Source of the DNA: an uncultured delta proteobacterium
GTDB taxonomy: Bacteria > Myxococcota_A > Polyangia > Fen-1088
DNA: 64,000 nt
Assembly: GCA_963737265.1 (NCBI GenBank)
Contig: CAVTRY010000011.1
Span: 704,001 to 768,000 of the forward strand
Direction: 5' to 3'
Shown here: positions 1-11,311 of the stretch, one piece after another
Layout: the number at the start of each line of letters is the position of its first letter
Numbering within the stretch: position 1 is the first letter of the stretch
Translations under genes and position numbers: made by a program
Notes under the pieces: generated by a model
Database searches by the model: none
The model's input: the letters and a program-made list of their open reading frames with translations, nothing else
Told to the model about the DNA's origin: nothing

Positions 1-2
1 TC

Positions 3-707
3 AACGCCGCGGCGTTTGTCGAGCGTCTTCGCTCCGAGGGGGCACCTCGCTACCATGATCGTCACCCCTTCAACGTGGCGATGCACGAAGGCCGGCTTTC
101 GCGCGACGATCTCGCCCGCTGGGTGCTGAACCGCTACTACTACCAGACGCGCATTCCCATCAAGGACGCACTGATCGTTTCCAAGAGCGAAGACCCTGCT
201 TTTCGGCGCGCGTGGGTGCGTCGGATTCACGATCACGACGGAAACGCCCCCGGCGAGGGTGGGCTGGCCGAGTGGCTCAGGCTTGCCGTGGCGGTGGGCC
301 TGGATGCCGATAGGGTCGCGAGCTGCCGCGAGGTTTTGCCCGGCGTACGATTCGCGTGCGACGCGTACGTGTCGTTGGTTCGCGACAGCAGCCTGGTGGT
401 GGCCGTGGCATCGTCGCTGACGGAGTTCTTTGCGCCGGATCTCATGTCCAAGCGAGTCGCCGCGTGGGAGAAACACTATCCCTTCGTCGACCCGGCCGGG
501 CTGGCCTACTTTCGCAGTCGCGTCCCCCGCGCGCGGCGCGACTCGGAGGAGGCGGTGGCCTTCGTGGTGGAGCACGCGCGCACGCGCGTCGAACAGGAAG
601 CGTGCGTGGCGGCTCTGATTCGCAAGACGGAAATCCTGTGGCATCTGCTCGACTGCGTCCGCGGCGCTTCCGGCCGGGCCACGGCGCTGGAGGCGTCCAA
701 GGCGTGA
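3..707 (+). CDS. pqqC: pyrroloquinoline-quinone synthase PqqC (5' end truncated by window edge)
   Basis: Frame is open from position 3 (NAAAFVERLRSEGAPRYHDRHPF). Contains PqqC motifs NRYYYQTRIPIKDA, RIHDHDG, VRFACDAY and SSLTEFFAP, and is followed by pqqD and pqqE. Confidence 0.95.
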   Translation, partial: NAAAFVERLRSEGAPRYHDRHPFNVAMHEGRLSRDDLARWVLNRYYYQTRIPIKDALIVSKSEDPAFRRAWVRRIHDHDGNAPGEGGLAEWLRLAVAVGLDADRVASCREVLPGVRFACDAYVSLVRDSSLVVAVASSLTEFFAPDLMSKRVAAWEKHYPFVDPAGLAYFRSRVPRARRDSEEAVAFVVEHARTRVEQEACVAALIRKTEILWHLLDCVRGASGRATALEASKA

Positions 708-997
708 CCGGGATCGACGTCGAATCGAGGCCGCGCCTGGCGCGCGGTGTTCGTTTGCGACGGGATCGCATTAGCGGGAAGCTGTTCTTGCTGCGCCCGG
801 AACAGGGTTTTGAACTGCAGGGCTCGGCGAGCGAGGTGGTCAAGTTGTGTACGGCGAGGCTCACTGTCGCGGAGATGGTGGACCGACTGGCCGAGACCTA
901 TCGCGACGTGGCGCGAGCGCGAATCCTCGAAGATGTGGCGCGGCTTCTGGCGCAGCTGTCCGGCCGCGGACTCATCGTCGTCGGGGACGAGCCATGA
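704..997 (+). CDS. pqqD: PQQ biosynthesis peptide chaperone PqqD (RRE)
   Basis: GTG start overlaps the pqqC TGA (GTGA). RPRLARGVRLRRDR...LLRPE...EVVKLC...TVAEMVDRL...RGLI is PqqD-like, and its position between pqqC and pqqE fits. Confidence 0.9.
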   Translation: MTGIDVESRPRLARGVRLRRDRISGKLFLLRPEQGFELQGSASEVVKLCTARLTVAEMVDRLAETYRDVARARILEDVARLLAQLSGRGLIVVGDEP

Positions 998-2124
998 TAG
1001 GTGATCGCGAAACCACGTCGGCCGAGACGCCGCGTCCGTACACGTTGGTCGCGGAGCTGACCTACCGATGCCCGCTTCGCTGTGCCTATTGTTCAAATCC
1101 CGTTCACCTCGACGCGATGGGGGCGGAAATCGACACGGCTACCTGGGCTCGCGTGTTCAAAGAGGCAGAGGCGTTGGGTGTCATGCAGGTGACCTTGACC
1201 GGCGGCGAGCCGCTCTTGCGCTCCGATCTTGAACCGCTCGTGCGGGCTGCGCGAGACAGCGACCTTTTCACCACGTTGATCACCAGCGGGATGTCCGCCA
1301 ACCGGGATGCCCTGGCTCGCTTGCGCGACGCCGGGCTGGAAGGCGTTCAGCTGTCGTTCCAGGATGTCGACGGTGGTGCGGCGGCGCGGATTGCCGGTGT
1401 CGATGCGCTGGCAAGAAAGCAGAAGGTGGCGGGCTTCATTCGAGAGCTTGGTCTGCCGCTGACGGTGAACATCGTCCTGCACCGGGGGAATCTGCCCCGT
1501 CTTCCACAGATGATCGCAATGGCCGAACGCCTGCAAGCCAATCGTATCGAGCTGGCCCACGTGCAATATCTCGGATGGGCACTGGTCAACCGGTCGGTCC
1601 TGCTGCCAAGCGCAGCGATGATCGCGGAGGCGCGTGCGACGGTGTCCGAGGCTCGCGCGCGGCTAGCGGGCAGGATGGAAATCGTTGCCGTGTTGCCCGA
1701 CTACTTTTCCGATCGGCCTCGCGCCTGCATGGATGGATGGGGACGCCGGTACATGGTCGTCGCGCCCGATGGCCGTGTGTTGCCCTGCCATGCTGCGCAC
1801 ACGCTGCCGGGGCTCACCTTCGACAACGTGAGGACGCGCGCGCTCGCCGAAATCTGGAGGGAATCGCCGGCCTTCACGCGCTTTCGCGGCGAGGATTGGC
1901 TGCCACAGCCCTGTCGCGGCTGCGACCGGCGCGGCGTCGACTTCGGCGGTTGTCGCTGCCAGGCATACCAGTTGACCGGCGACATGACGCTGACCGATCC
2001 CAGCTGCCAGCTTTCTCCACGACACGACATCGTGCGGGCCGCGCGAGCCCAGGCGGCGGAGTCGAGCACGTTTTTCTCCGAAGGGGAAACGATCCGCCTA
2101 CGCCGGCCACCAACGGTGGCGTGA
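994..2124 (+). CDS. pqqE: PqqA peptide cyclase PqqE, radical SAM/SPASM
   Basis: ATGA overlap with pqqD. AELTYRCPLRCAYCSNP (CxxxCxxC), TGGEP, ACMDGWG, LPCH and CRGC...DFGGCRCQA SPASM motifs. Confidence 0.95.
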   Translation: MIGDRETTSAETPRPYTLVAELTYRCPLRCAYCSNPVHLDAMGAEIDTATWARVFKEAEALGVMQVTLTGGEPLLRSDLEPLVRAARDSDLFTTLITSGMSANRDALARLRDAGLEGVQLSFQDVDGGAAARIAGVDALARKQKVAGFIRELGLPLTVNIVLHRGNLPRLPQMIAMAERLQANRIELAHVQYLGWALVNRSVLLPSAAMIAEARATVSEARARLAGRMEIVAVLPDYFSDRPRACMDGWGRRYMVVAPDGRVLPCHAAHTLPGLTFDNVRTRALAEIWRESPAFTRFRGEDWLPQPCRGCDRRGVDFGGCRCQAYQLTGDMTLTDPSCQLSPRHDIVRAARAQAAESSTFFSEGETIRLRRPPTVA

Positions 2125-2196
2125 CCTGGCGCTATCGCCGTTGCTGCCTGTGCCCCTCGTTGCTCGTCCCGCGTGGCAGCACTTTTCAGACCCCCG

Positions 2197-2718
2197 TTAG
2201 AAGTCGAGATAGGCGCCGACGCGGCCTTCGATGATCCACGCTACCTTCGAGCCTGCCTGAAAATCGCGGCTGCGTGGAAGCGCGCCAACTTCGGCGAACA
2301 CGCCCATAGCCGGTACGAAGCCAATCGACGGCGTACCGATGCGCATGCCGGCGGCGGCGCCGTAGGCGATCTCGCGCGTTCCGCTGAGAAGGTTGTTCAC
2401 CACGAAAATAACGCGACCATAGAGCGGCAGAATGGGCGGGACGACAGAGAGCATGGGCCGCAGCTCAAGATTGGTTTTGGAGCCGGCCTTGTCGGCGAAA
2501 TCGGTCACGATGCCAAGCTGCAGACGGAACATGGAAAGCACCGGCAACGACGGCGCATAGCCAGGAGCGACTTCCAAATTGAGCTGTTCCCAGCCGCGCG
2601 GGGTCGGCGACACCTGGCCGCCCTTGCCGAGCGAGGCCTCGACGAGCAGACCCGCGTGTGCCACGGCGGGAACCAAAATCATGGTGGTAAGAGCGGCTGC
2701 CACTAGAAACTTGCGCAT
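2197..2718 (-). CDS. secreted protein, probable small outer-membrane beta-barrel
   Basis: GAGGAG RBS upstream, signal peptide MRKFLVAAALTTMILVPAVAHA, alternating amphipathic strands and C-terminal RVGAYLDF ending in Phe. Confidence 0.65.
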   Translation of the reverse strand: MRKFLVAAALTTMILVPAVAHAGLLVEASLGKGGQVSPTPRGWEQLNLEVAPGYAPSLPVLSMFRLQLGIVTDFADKAGSKTNLELRPMLSVVPPILPLYGRVIFVVNNLLSGTREIAYGAAAGMRIGTPSIGFVPAMGVFAEVGALPRSRDFQAGSKVAWIIEGRVGAYLDF

Positions 2719-2834
2719 GTCTGTCTCCTCCTCGGTGCTGACGTTTGCTGGTGCGACCATATTCGCCCCATTGCCTGCGAAAAATCTAGCCGACTGTTCG
2801 CCCTGCTGGCCTGCTGGTGCGTCTATTCTGTCGT

Positions 2835-4298
2835 CTATGTCGTCTTCTCGTTCGGCTTGGGCTGCGCCTTGCGCTTGCTGCGATGTGCCCGCAGAGCCAG
2901 GCGCAGCGGCGCGCCTTCGAATCCGTACACCTGACGTAGCTGGTTCACCAAGTAGCGCTGGTAGGGAAAGCCAATCGCCTTGGGAACATTGGTGCTGACG
3001 AAGAACGTGGGCGGCCGGATGTTGGCCTGAGTGATGTAGTAGAGCTTGACGTGCTTGCCAGCGGGGCCGGACGGCGGCAGACGGCGAGCCACCATCTCTT
3101 CAAAGTTCCTATTTAACTCTGACGTTGGAACCCGCCGTGACCATTGGTCAAATATTCGCGCGGCGACATCCGGGATTGTGGCGACGCCTCGGCCCGTAAC
3201 CGCGGACATCACCAGGAAAGGCGCGTAGCTCACGAAGGCCAAGACCTCCTTGGCGGCCTTGATGCTGGCGTCGCCGTCGGCGCGCCGAACGAGGTCCATC
3301 TTGTTGAAAACGACGATGGCCGCGCGTCCCGATTCCTCGATGAAGCTGGCCAACTTCGCGTCCTCGGCGGTGGCGCCCAAGCTGGCGTCGATGACCAGGG
3401 CCACCACATCGGCACGTGCAAGCTGATCGCGCGCCATCTTGGCTGCCACGGCTTCAGTCTGGGTGTCGACGGCGCGGCGACGGCGCAGGCCGGCCGTGTC
3501 GACTAGGACGAATTCGCGATCCCCGGCGCGAAAGGGCGTGTCGATGGGGTCGCGCGTGGTGCCGGGCTGGTCGTGCACGAGAACGCGATCCTCGCCAAGC
3601 AGCCGGTTCACCAGCGACGACTTGCCCGCGTTGGGCTTGCCGACGAAGGCGAGCCGGATGGGCGCCGCCTCGTCCACAGCCGAATCGCTGTCAAGGGTCT
3701 TGCCCTGCCCGGAATCCCGACCGACGTCGTCGCGGGCCGATTCGTGCACAAATACCTGGTCGCCAAGCGCGTCCACCGCGGCGTCGAGCAGCTCGCGCAC
3801 GCCGCGCCCGTGGCTGGCCGACACGCCGAAGACCTTGTCAAAGCCGAGAGCGTAGACCTCCCCCAGGGCAGAATCGCGCAGCGAGGAATCGACCTTGTTG
3901 ACGGCGACCAGGATCGGCTTGCCGGTCCTCCGTAGCAGCTCGGCCACATCCTCGTCGACCGCGGTCAACCCTTCTTCGGCGTCGAGGACCAGCACGATGG
4001 CCGTCGCCTCGTCCACCGCGCGCAGGGTTTGCGAGCGCATCGCCGCCAGGATCCCGACCGCGCTGGGGTCGAGCCCGCCCGTATCGACCACTTGAAAACG
4101 AGCCTTGCCCCACGAGCACAAGCCGTAGCGCCGATCCCGGGTTACGCCGGGCATGTCTTCGACCAGCGCCGGGCGACCGCCCACCAGGCGATTGAAGAGC
4201 GACGACTTGCCCACGTTGGGCCGGCCGACCAGCGACAGCACGGGCAGATTGGCCACGTCCGCGGCGGCATCCGCGCTGGCGCCTCGCCTACGAATCAT
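2835..4298 (-). CDS. der: ribosome biogenesis GTPase Der (EngA)
   Basis: Two G-domains ([17 protein letters not shown] and [17 protein letters not shown]) and a C-terminal KH-like domain ([18 protein letters not shown]). ATG overlaps the era stop. Confidence 0.96.
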   Translation of the reverse strand: MIRRRGASADAAADVANLPVLSLVGRPNVGKSSLFNRLVGGRPALVEDMPGVTRDRRYGLCSWGKARFQVVDTGGLDPSAVGILAAMRSQTLRAVDEATAIVLVLDAEEGLTAVDEDVAELLRRTGKPILVAVNKVDSSLRDSALGEVYALGFDKVFGVSASHGRGVRELLDAAVDALGDQVFVHESARDDVGRDSGQGKTLDSDSAVDEAAPIRLAFVGKPNAGKSSLVNRLLGEDRVLVHDQPGTTRDPIDTPFRAGDREFVLVDTAGLRRRRAVDTQTEAVAAKMARDQLARADVVALVIDASLGATAEDAKLASFIEESGRAAIVVFNKMDLVRRADGDASIKAAKEVLAFVSYAPFLVMSAVTGRGVATIPDVAARIFDQWSRRVPTSELNRNFEEMVARRLPPSGPAGKHVKLYYITQANIRPPTFFVSTNVPKAIGFPYQRYLVNQLRQVYGFEGAPLRLALRAHRSKRKAQPKPNEKTT

Positions 4299-5308
4299 TT
4301 CTTGTCCTCGCCATACCCCAGCTCGGCCAGCCCCTGTATCGACGTCGTCCAGCCCTCCTCGACCCGAACGTTCAGGCGCAGGTGCACCGGCCGGTGGATG
4401 AGATCGGCGATTTCCTTGCGCGCCGCCATGCCTACGTCGCGAACCATGGCGCCGCCCTTGCCGACCACGATGGCTTTCTGGCTTTCGCGGTCGACCACGA
4501 TGCTGGCGTCGATTACCACGTCGCCCTTGTCGCGCTCCTCCCAATTTTCCACCACCACCGCCGTCGCGTAGGGAAGCTCCTGGTTCAGGCGGAGAAAGAG
4601 CTGCTCGCGCACGAGCTCGCCCGCCAAGAACCTTTCCGTGCGATCGGTCAGCACGTCCGGCCCGTAGACCGGCGAACCTTCGGGCAGCAGGCGAAGCAAT
4701 TCCTTGAGCACGCCCTCCAGGCCCTTTTTCCGGGTCGCGCAGGTCGGCACGATGGCGGAAAATTTTCCCGCCCTGCCCCACCACTCGATGAGCGGAATCA
4801 CCTGGGTCTTGTCCTTGACCTTATCGACTTTGTTCAAGCAGAGCACCGCCGGTTTAGTTGTGGCGACCAGGCGTTCGAGAATCCACGACTCGGCTTCAGG
4901 CAATTTGGCGGCCGGCGACAAGGTCGCGGCATTTTCGTGCGCCTCAACCACCACCAGCACTGCATCCACGTCTTCAATCGTCCCCATCGCCTCGCGCACC
5001 ATGAATCGATTGAGCTGCGACCGCGCCACGTGCACCCCGGGCGTGTCCACGAAGACTATCTGCCCGGTGGCAGGCCGTCCCGCGCCGCGAGGATCGTCCA
5101 CGGCAAGGGTCGAAGCGCCGTTCCACACGCCCACGATGCGGTTGCGCGTGGTTTGCGGCTTGGGCGTGACGATGGCGAGCTTCTCGCCGACGAGAGCGTT
5201 AAGAAGGGTCGACTTGCCGACGTTTGGCCGGCCCAGAATCGCGACGGTTCCGGCCACGCGAATGGATGTCTCTCCGGGCTGTTCCGGAATCTGCGTTGGG
5301 TCTGACAC
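4295..5308 (-). CDS. era: GTPase Era
   Basis: [31 protein letters not shown] and [13 protein letters not shown] motif. The GTG start at 5308 is inferred. Confidence 0.95.
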   Translation of the reverse strand: MSDPTQIPEQPGETSIRVAGTVAILGRPNVGKSTLLNALVGEKLAIVTPKPQTTRNRIVGVWNGASTLAVDDPRGAGRPATGQIVFVDTPGVHVARSQLNRFMVREAMGTIEDVDAVLVVVEAHENAATLSPAAKLPEAESWILERLVATTKPAVLCLNKVDKVKDKTQVIPLIEWWGRAGKFSAIVPTCATRKKGLEGVLKELLRLLPEGSPVYGPDVLTDRTERFLAGELVREQLFLRLNQELPYATAVVVENWEERDKGDVVIDASIVVDRESQKAIVVGKGGAMVRDVGMAARKEIADLIHRPVHLRLNVRVEEGWTTSIQGLAELGYGEDKK

Positions 5309-5429
5309 TGGGCGCCTTGTATAGCACCAGATACGCAGCTCCGGCAGTGGCGTGTGGATTTCCCGTCGCTCGCCGCTTCGCCGTAGATCCTTTTCCTTTA
5401 CCCCGCGTTCAACCATCCAGGAGGTTGCC

Positions 5430-6425
5430 ATGAAGTTGAACACGATTGACTCATCCCGAACATTGCCGCGGTTTTCCCGCCTCGCCATCCTGGTGGTTGG
5501 GTTGGTTGCCTGTGCCACGCCGTCGCGAAACGCCGAAAGCCGGCCCTTGCGCGCCAGTGAAGCCGGTTATCAAGTCCAGGTCCTGGTCGATGGCGCGCCG
5601 GCCCCGACCTTCTGGCACGACGGTGAAACCTACGTGATGGGTCACACGGGCGAACGCTATGTGATTCGCGTGCTCAACCACACCGGCCGTCGCGTCGAGG
5701 CCGTGGCCACGGTCGACGGGCGCGACGCGGTCGACGGCAAAGCGGGCGACTTCAGGCACAAGCGCGGTTACCTGGTTCCCGCCTGGGGACAGGTCGACAT
5801 CGACGGCTGGCGGTTGTCCGAATCACAGGCGGCCACGTTTCGATTCTCGTCGGTGGCGGATTCCTACGCCGCGCGCATGGGCAACGCCCGCGAAGTGGGC
5901 GTCATCGGCGTCGCCGTGTTCCCCGAACGCGTCTATCGCCCGCGACCTCTGCCGGTGACCCCGCCGTGCTGCTTCGATGGCTACAGCGACGTTGAACGAA
6001 ACTACCGCGACACGCCCGCTGGAAGCTCGCGCAGCGCCCAGGCTCCGGCTAGCGCACCCACGGCACGTGGCGATGCCCTCGCCGAGAGCGATCTCGGAAT
6101 CGGCGGCGCCGATGCGGCCAAGGGCAAGGCCGCCCCGTCCGAATATGCTCCCAACCGCCGCCAGCGTCCGGGACTCGGCACCGAGTTTGGCGAAGCCGTT
6201 TCCTCTCAAATTCAGGAGGTCGAATTCGTCCGCGCCAACTCCTCGACACCCACGGTGATCCTGGACATGCGCTACAACGATCACGATGGCCTGCTCGCCA
6301 TGGGCGTGAATGTGGACGGCGTCTACCCTTGGCCAGGCGACACCGAACTGCGCCGCACCGCCGACCCATTCCCGGTGTCACCGCGCCGCTACGCTGCACC
6401 GCCGGCTGGCTGGCAACGCAACTGA
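5430..6425 (+). CDS. conserved hypothetical lipoprotein
   Basis: GGAGG RBS and LVAC lipobox. Globular beta-rich domain ([47 protein letters not shown]), a low-complexity linker and a GLGTEFGE C-terminal block. Confidence 0.8.
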   Translation: MKLNTIDSSRTLPRFSRLAILVVGLVACATPSRNAESRPLRASEAGYQVQVLVDGAPAPTFWHDGETYVMGHTGERYVIRVLNHTGRRVEAVATVDGRDAVDGKAGDFRHKRGYLVPAWGQVDIDGWRLSESQAATFRFSSVADSYAARMGNAREVGVIGVAVFPERVYRPRPLPVTPPCCFDGYSDVERNYRDTPAGSSRSAQAPASAPTARGDALAESDLGIGGADAAKGKAAPSEYAPNRRQRPGLGTEFGEAVSSQIQEVEFVRANSSTPTVILDMRYNDHDGLLAMGVNVDGVYPWPGDTELRRTADPFPVSPRRYAAPPAGWQRN

Positions 6426-6458
6426 CTGTCCACGGTCGACAGGCGACTGTAAACTGTC
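6424..6458. repeat. degenerate heptamer tandem array (GACTGTC-like x5)
   Basis: gactgtc-cacggtc-gacaggc-gactgta-aactgtc fills the intergenic gap. Confidence 0.5.
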
Positions 6459-6467
6459 AGCTTCCTG

Positions 6468-7079
6468 ATGACAGACGAGGCTCTCATGGCGGCGTATCAG
6501 AAAGGCGACGTAGCAGCCTTCGCCGAGCTGGTCGCTCGCCATGAGAAACGCTTGTGGAACTTCGTGCGGCGCTTCGTGGCGGATTCGGCGACCGCGGAAG
6601 ACCTGTTGCAAGAGGTCTTCTTGCGTGTGGTGAGGAGCGCGGCCGAATGGCAACCCTCGGCCAAATTTTCCACCTGGCTCTACACCGTCGCCCGCAACCT
6701 GTGCACCGACAACGCCCGCCGCGGTGCCTTTCGCAAGTCGGATTCGCTCGACCAAACGCCCGGCGCCAGCCGGGACGAATCCGGCTCTCACCGCATCGAC
6801 AACGTCGTCTCGCCCGGCGGCAACGCGGAAAAGGCAGCTATGAATCGCGAAATCGCAAACAGGGTCGACCAGGCAGTTGCGGCCCTGCCGTTAGAGCAGC
6901 GCGAGGTTTTCCTCATGCGCGAGGTGATGGACATGTCGTTCGCGGAAATCGCGACCGCGACCAAGACCAGCGAGCCAACCGTGAAGAGCCGCATGCGCTA
7001 CGCTTTGGAACGCTTGCGCGGCGCCTTGGAAGAGCTCCGCGATGACAACGGCAGCGCCGCCGTGGGAAGCACGCCATGA
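6468..7079 (+). CDS. ECF RNA polymerase sigma factor (sigma-70 family)
   Basis: DEALMAAYQKGDVAAFAELV, AEDLLQEVFLRV, FSTWLYTVARN and region 4 LPLEQREVFLMRE..SFAEIA..TVKSRMRYA. Confidence 0.95.
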   Translation: MTDEALMAAYQKGDVAAFAELVARHEKRLWNFVRRFVADSATAEDLLQEVFLRVVRSAAEWQPSAKFSTWLYTVARNLCTDNARRGAFRKSDSLDQTPGASRDESGSHRIDNVVSPGGNAEKAAMNREIANRVDQAVAALPLEQREVFLMREVMDMSFAEIATATKTSEPTVKSRMRYALERLRGALEELRDDNGSAAVGSTP

Positions 7080-8485
7080 ATTGCGCTCAGGTCAAAAAAC
7101 GGCTGGTCGACTACCTCTACGACGAGATGACAGCCGAGGCGCGTGACGAGTTTGCGAACCACTTGAACGCCTGTGCCGATTGCAAGGCGACCATTGCCGA
7201 CTACGAGCGGACACTTGGCAGCGCGCGAGCCGCCCTTGGCGGGTCGCTAGCGCAAGAGCCGCCAGCCCGCGTCCACCTCGCCATCATGGCAGCCGCCCAT
7301 GCCGCGGCGAAAACCTCGCCCGCCCACGCGAAAGGACGCCCCGCCGCCGACGAACCTGGTTTTCTGGCGCGACTCTGGCGCACGCCTTGGTTGTTGCCAG
7401 CCTTCGGAGCAGCCTCGGTGGCGACTGCTGTCTTCTTGGTTCGAGTGCTCGAGAACCCCGAGGTTCTGCCTGGCCAACGCCCGCATTCCATCGAGGAGCG
7501 TTCGCTGGCCACGCCTGAGGCGCTGCCGCCTCCCGAGCCCACCCGAGCACATCAGCCGGCCGCGGCTGCCGAGGCCGCGGCGCAGGTGAAGCCCGAGGGG
7601 AACGTCGAAAAAACGAAGGGGTCTGATTCGGCCAAGAGTGCTCGCAAGCACGCTTACAAGGAGGACCAACCGCGAGCCGAATCGCCCTCGCCTGTCCTCA
7701 TCAGGATGAAGAAAAAAGTCGCTGACGATCCCCTGAACGGTGTACGTCTCGACGAGGGCCGCGCGAGCGGGGCCGCCCCAAGTCGCTTCGCCGAGCCGCC
7801 ACCTCCTTTCGACCAGGCTGCACGCGCGAAAGACCGCGATGACCTTCTGAGCTCGGTCAAAGAAGAAAGGAAGGCCCGACAGCCGGAGGCGCAAGCCGCC
7901 GAGAAGCCAGCCGCCAATAGTGCGCCCGCTCTCTCCGTCGACCTCGCGTCCCACAGCGGTCAGGGAAAGGTCAATCACTTACAGCAGATTTCCGGTAGAA
8001 GCAGTTTCGTCGCACCGCCTTCGCCAAATCCCTCGCCAGCAGCAGCGGCTGCGCCAGCGTCGAAGGGGCAAGGAATGGGGCTAGTCGGCGCGGCCTCGTC
8101 CGCGCGGGCGACAGGCTCTCCGCCCTCGTCGCCGCCAGTCGCTCTTCCCAAGATGAAGCGGGTTGAGCTGGTGTCGGACGACAACGGCAAGGACTCGGAA
8201 AACGAGGGCGCAGTCGCCAGGCGCGAGACTGACAAGCATTCCAGCCATCCCGCTCCGACCCTGGAAGAAAGCGTAAGGAAGGCCGATCACTTGTTCGCCA
8301 GCGAAGACTGGAACGCCGCCGCCCAAGCCTACCGCGATCTTCTCCGCCGATTCCCCGGCCACAAAGACGCACCCAAGTGGCGCGACCGATTGAGCGAATC
8401 GCTGGTCGCCGAACAGCAACAGCAAGCGAGGATCAAGAAGGCGTCCAAGACCTCGCCGGACGCCTTGGAGGGGCTCAAGCCGTAG
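7076..8485 (+). CDS. zinc-finger (zf-HC2) transmembrane anti-sigma factor with C-terminal TPR-like region
   Basis: ATGA overlap with the ECF gene. HLNACADC (HxxxCxxC), one TM segment ([18 protein letters not shown]), a long Ala/Pro/Ser linker and C-terminal [25 protein letters not shown]. Confidence 0.85.
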   Translation: MNCAQVKKRLVDYLYDEMTAEARDEFANHLNACADCKATIADYERTLGSARAALGGSLAQEPPARVHLAIMAAAHAAAKTSPAHAKGRPAADEPGFLARLWRTPWLLPAFGAASVATAVFLVRVLENPEVLPGQRPHSIEERSLATPEALPPPEPTRAHQPAAAAEAAAQVKPEGNVEKTKGSDSAKSARKHAYKEDQPRAESPSPVLIRMKKKVADDPLNGVRLDEGRASGAAPSRFAEPPPPFDQAARAKDRDDLLSSVKEERKARQPEAQAAEKPAANSAPALSVDLASHSGQGKVNHLQQISGRSSFVAPPSPNPSPAAAAAPASKGQGMGLVGAASSARATGSPPSSPPVALPKMKRVELVSDDNGKDSENEGAVARRETDKHSSHPAPTLEESVRKADHLFASEDWNAAAQAYRDLLRRFPGHKDAPKWRDRLSESLVAEQQQQARIKKASKTSPDALEGLKP

Positions 8486-8538
8486 CTTCCAGCCACAAAG
8501 AATCAAGCGGACTGGAGGTGCGTAACAAAACAAAGAAA

Positions 8539-8562
8539 GGTTTCGGACCAAAATCCGAAACC
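8539..8562. terminator. hairpin between convergent anti-sigma and pnp genes, probable terminator
   Basis: GGTTTCGGA-ccaaaa-TCCGAAACC 9-bp stem with an A-rich left flank (U-rich tail for the minus-strand pnp transcript). Confidence 0.55.
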
Positions 8563-8621
8563 CTTCCCTTCCGGCCTCTGCGATCTTCGTGCCTCTGTGG
8601 TGAAAAGATCCGTCTGCGCCG

Positions 8622-10742
<2,121 letters not shown>

Positions 10743-10888
10743 GATGGGACTCCTCTCTTCTTCGTCGTGGCCCCCGTGGCTTCGTCCCTTGTCTCGCGGG
10801 TCCGACGGGAAGGCGCCGGCAAAGCGGGCACGCCCAGATCAGCGGGAAAAAGGATGAACGCAGGCACCGGGGCCTTCGCCTGTGAACA

Positions 10889-10917
10889 AGCGGGTGACAC
10901 GGTTTGCGCCACCCGCT
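10889..10917 (-). terminator. rpsO-pnp intergenic stem-loop (terminator or processing site)
   Basis: Minus-strand RNA AGCGGGUGGCGC-AAACC-GUGUCACCCGCU forms a 12-bp stem with two G.U pairs that work only on the minus strand. It lies just after the rpsO stop. Confidence 0.55.
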
Positions 10918-10932
10918 GATGGTGAAACGTCT

Positions 10933-11202
10933 CTACTTGCGGATGCCAAGCGTGTGGATCAGATCCCGGTAACGCTTGACGTCTTTCTTTTTCAGGTAGT
11001 CCAGGAGGCGGCGCCTCTGACCGACCAGCATCAACAAACCACGGCGTGAGTGGTGGTCCTTGGCGTGAGCCCTGAAGTGCTCCGTGAGGTAAGAAATACG
11101 TTCCGACAAGAGGGCGATCTGAACTTCCGGAGAGCCAGTATCGGCTTCGCCCCGGGCAAACTTCTTGACGACTTCTGCTTTCTTGACTGCGGCTAGACCC
11201 AT
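10933..11202 (-). CDS. rpsO: 30S ribosomal protein S15
   Basis: 89 aa. [42 protein letters not shown]. Confidence 0.99.
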   Translation of the reverse strand: MGLAAVKKAEVVKKFARGEADTGSPEVQIALLSERISYLTEHFRAHAKDHHSRRGLLMLVGQRRRLLDYLKKKDVKRYRDLIHTLGIRK

Positions 11203-11247
11203 TCGGTCACACTCTTTTCCATCGATATCTTCATTTTTTGAGCCCCC

Positions 11248-11276
11248 AATGTCCTACATCACGCGCCCATAGTCAA
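11248..11276 (-). promoter_or_regulatory. putative sigma-70 promoter of rpsO-pnp
   Basis: Minus strand TTGACT-17 nt-GACATT about 45 nt upstream of the rpsO ATG. Confidence 0.35.
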
Positions 11277-11311
11277 CCGATGGGTTGCTGACCCTGCGTT
11301 TCATGCGTGGT

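Noticed and set aside
704-2124. PqqD/rSAM-SPASM pair as maturase for the C39 exporter's cargo
   Set aside because: It is coupled to a clear pqqC and has canonical PqqE motifs. It lies 9 kb away across housekeeping genes.
2124-2196. Possible pqqA downstream of pqqE
   Set aside because: No short ORF with an ExxxY motif was seen.
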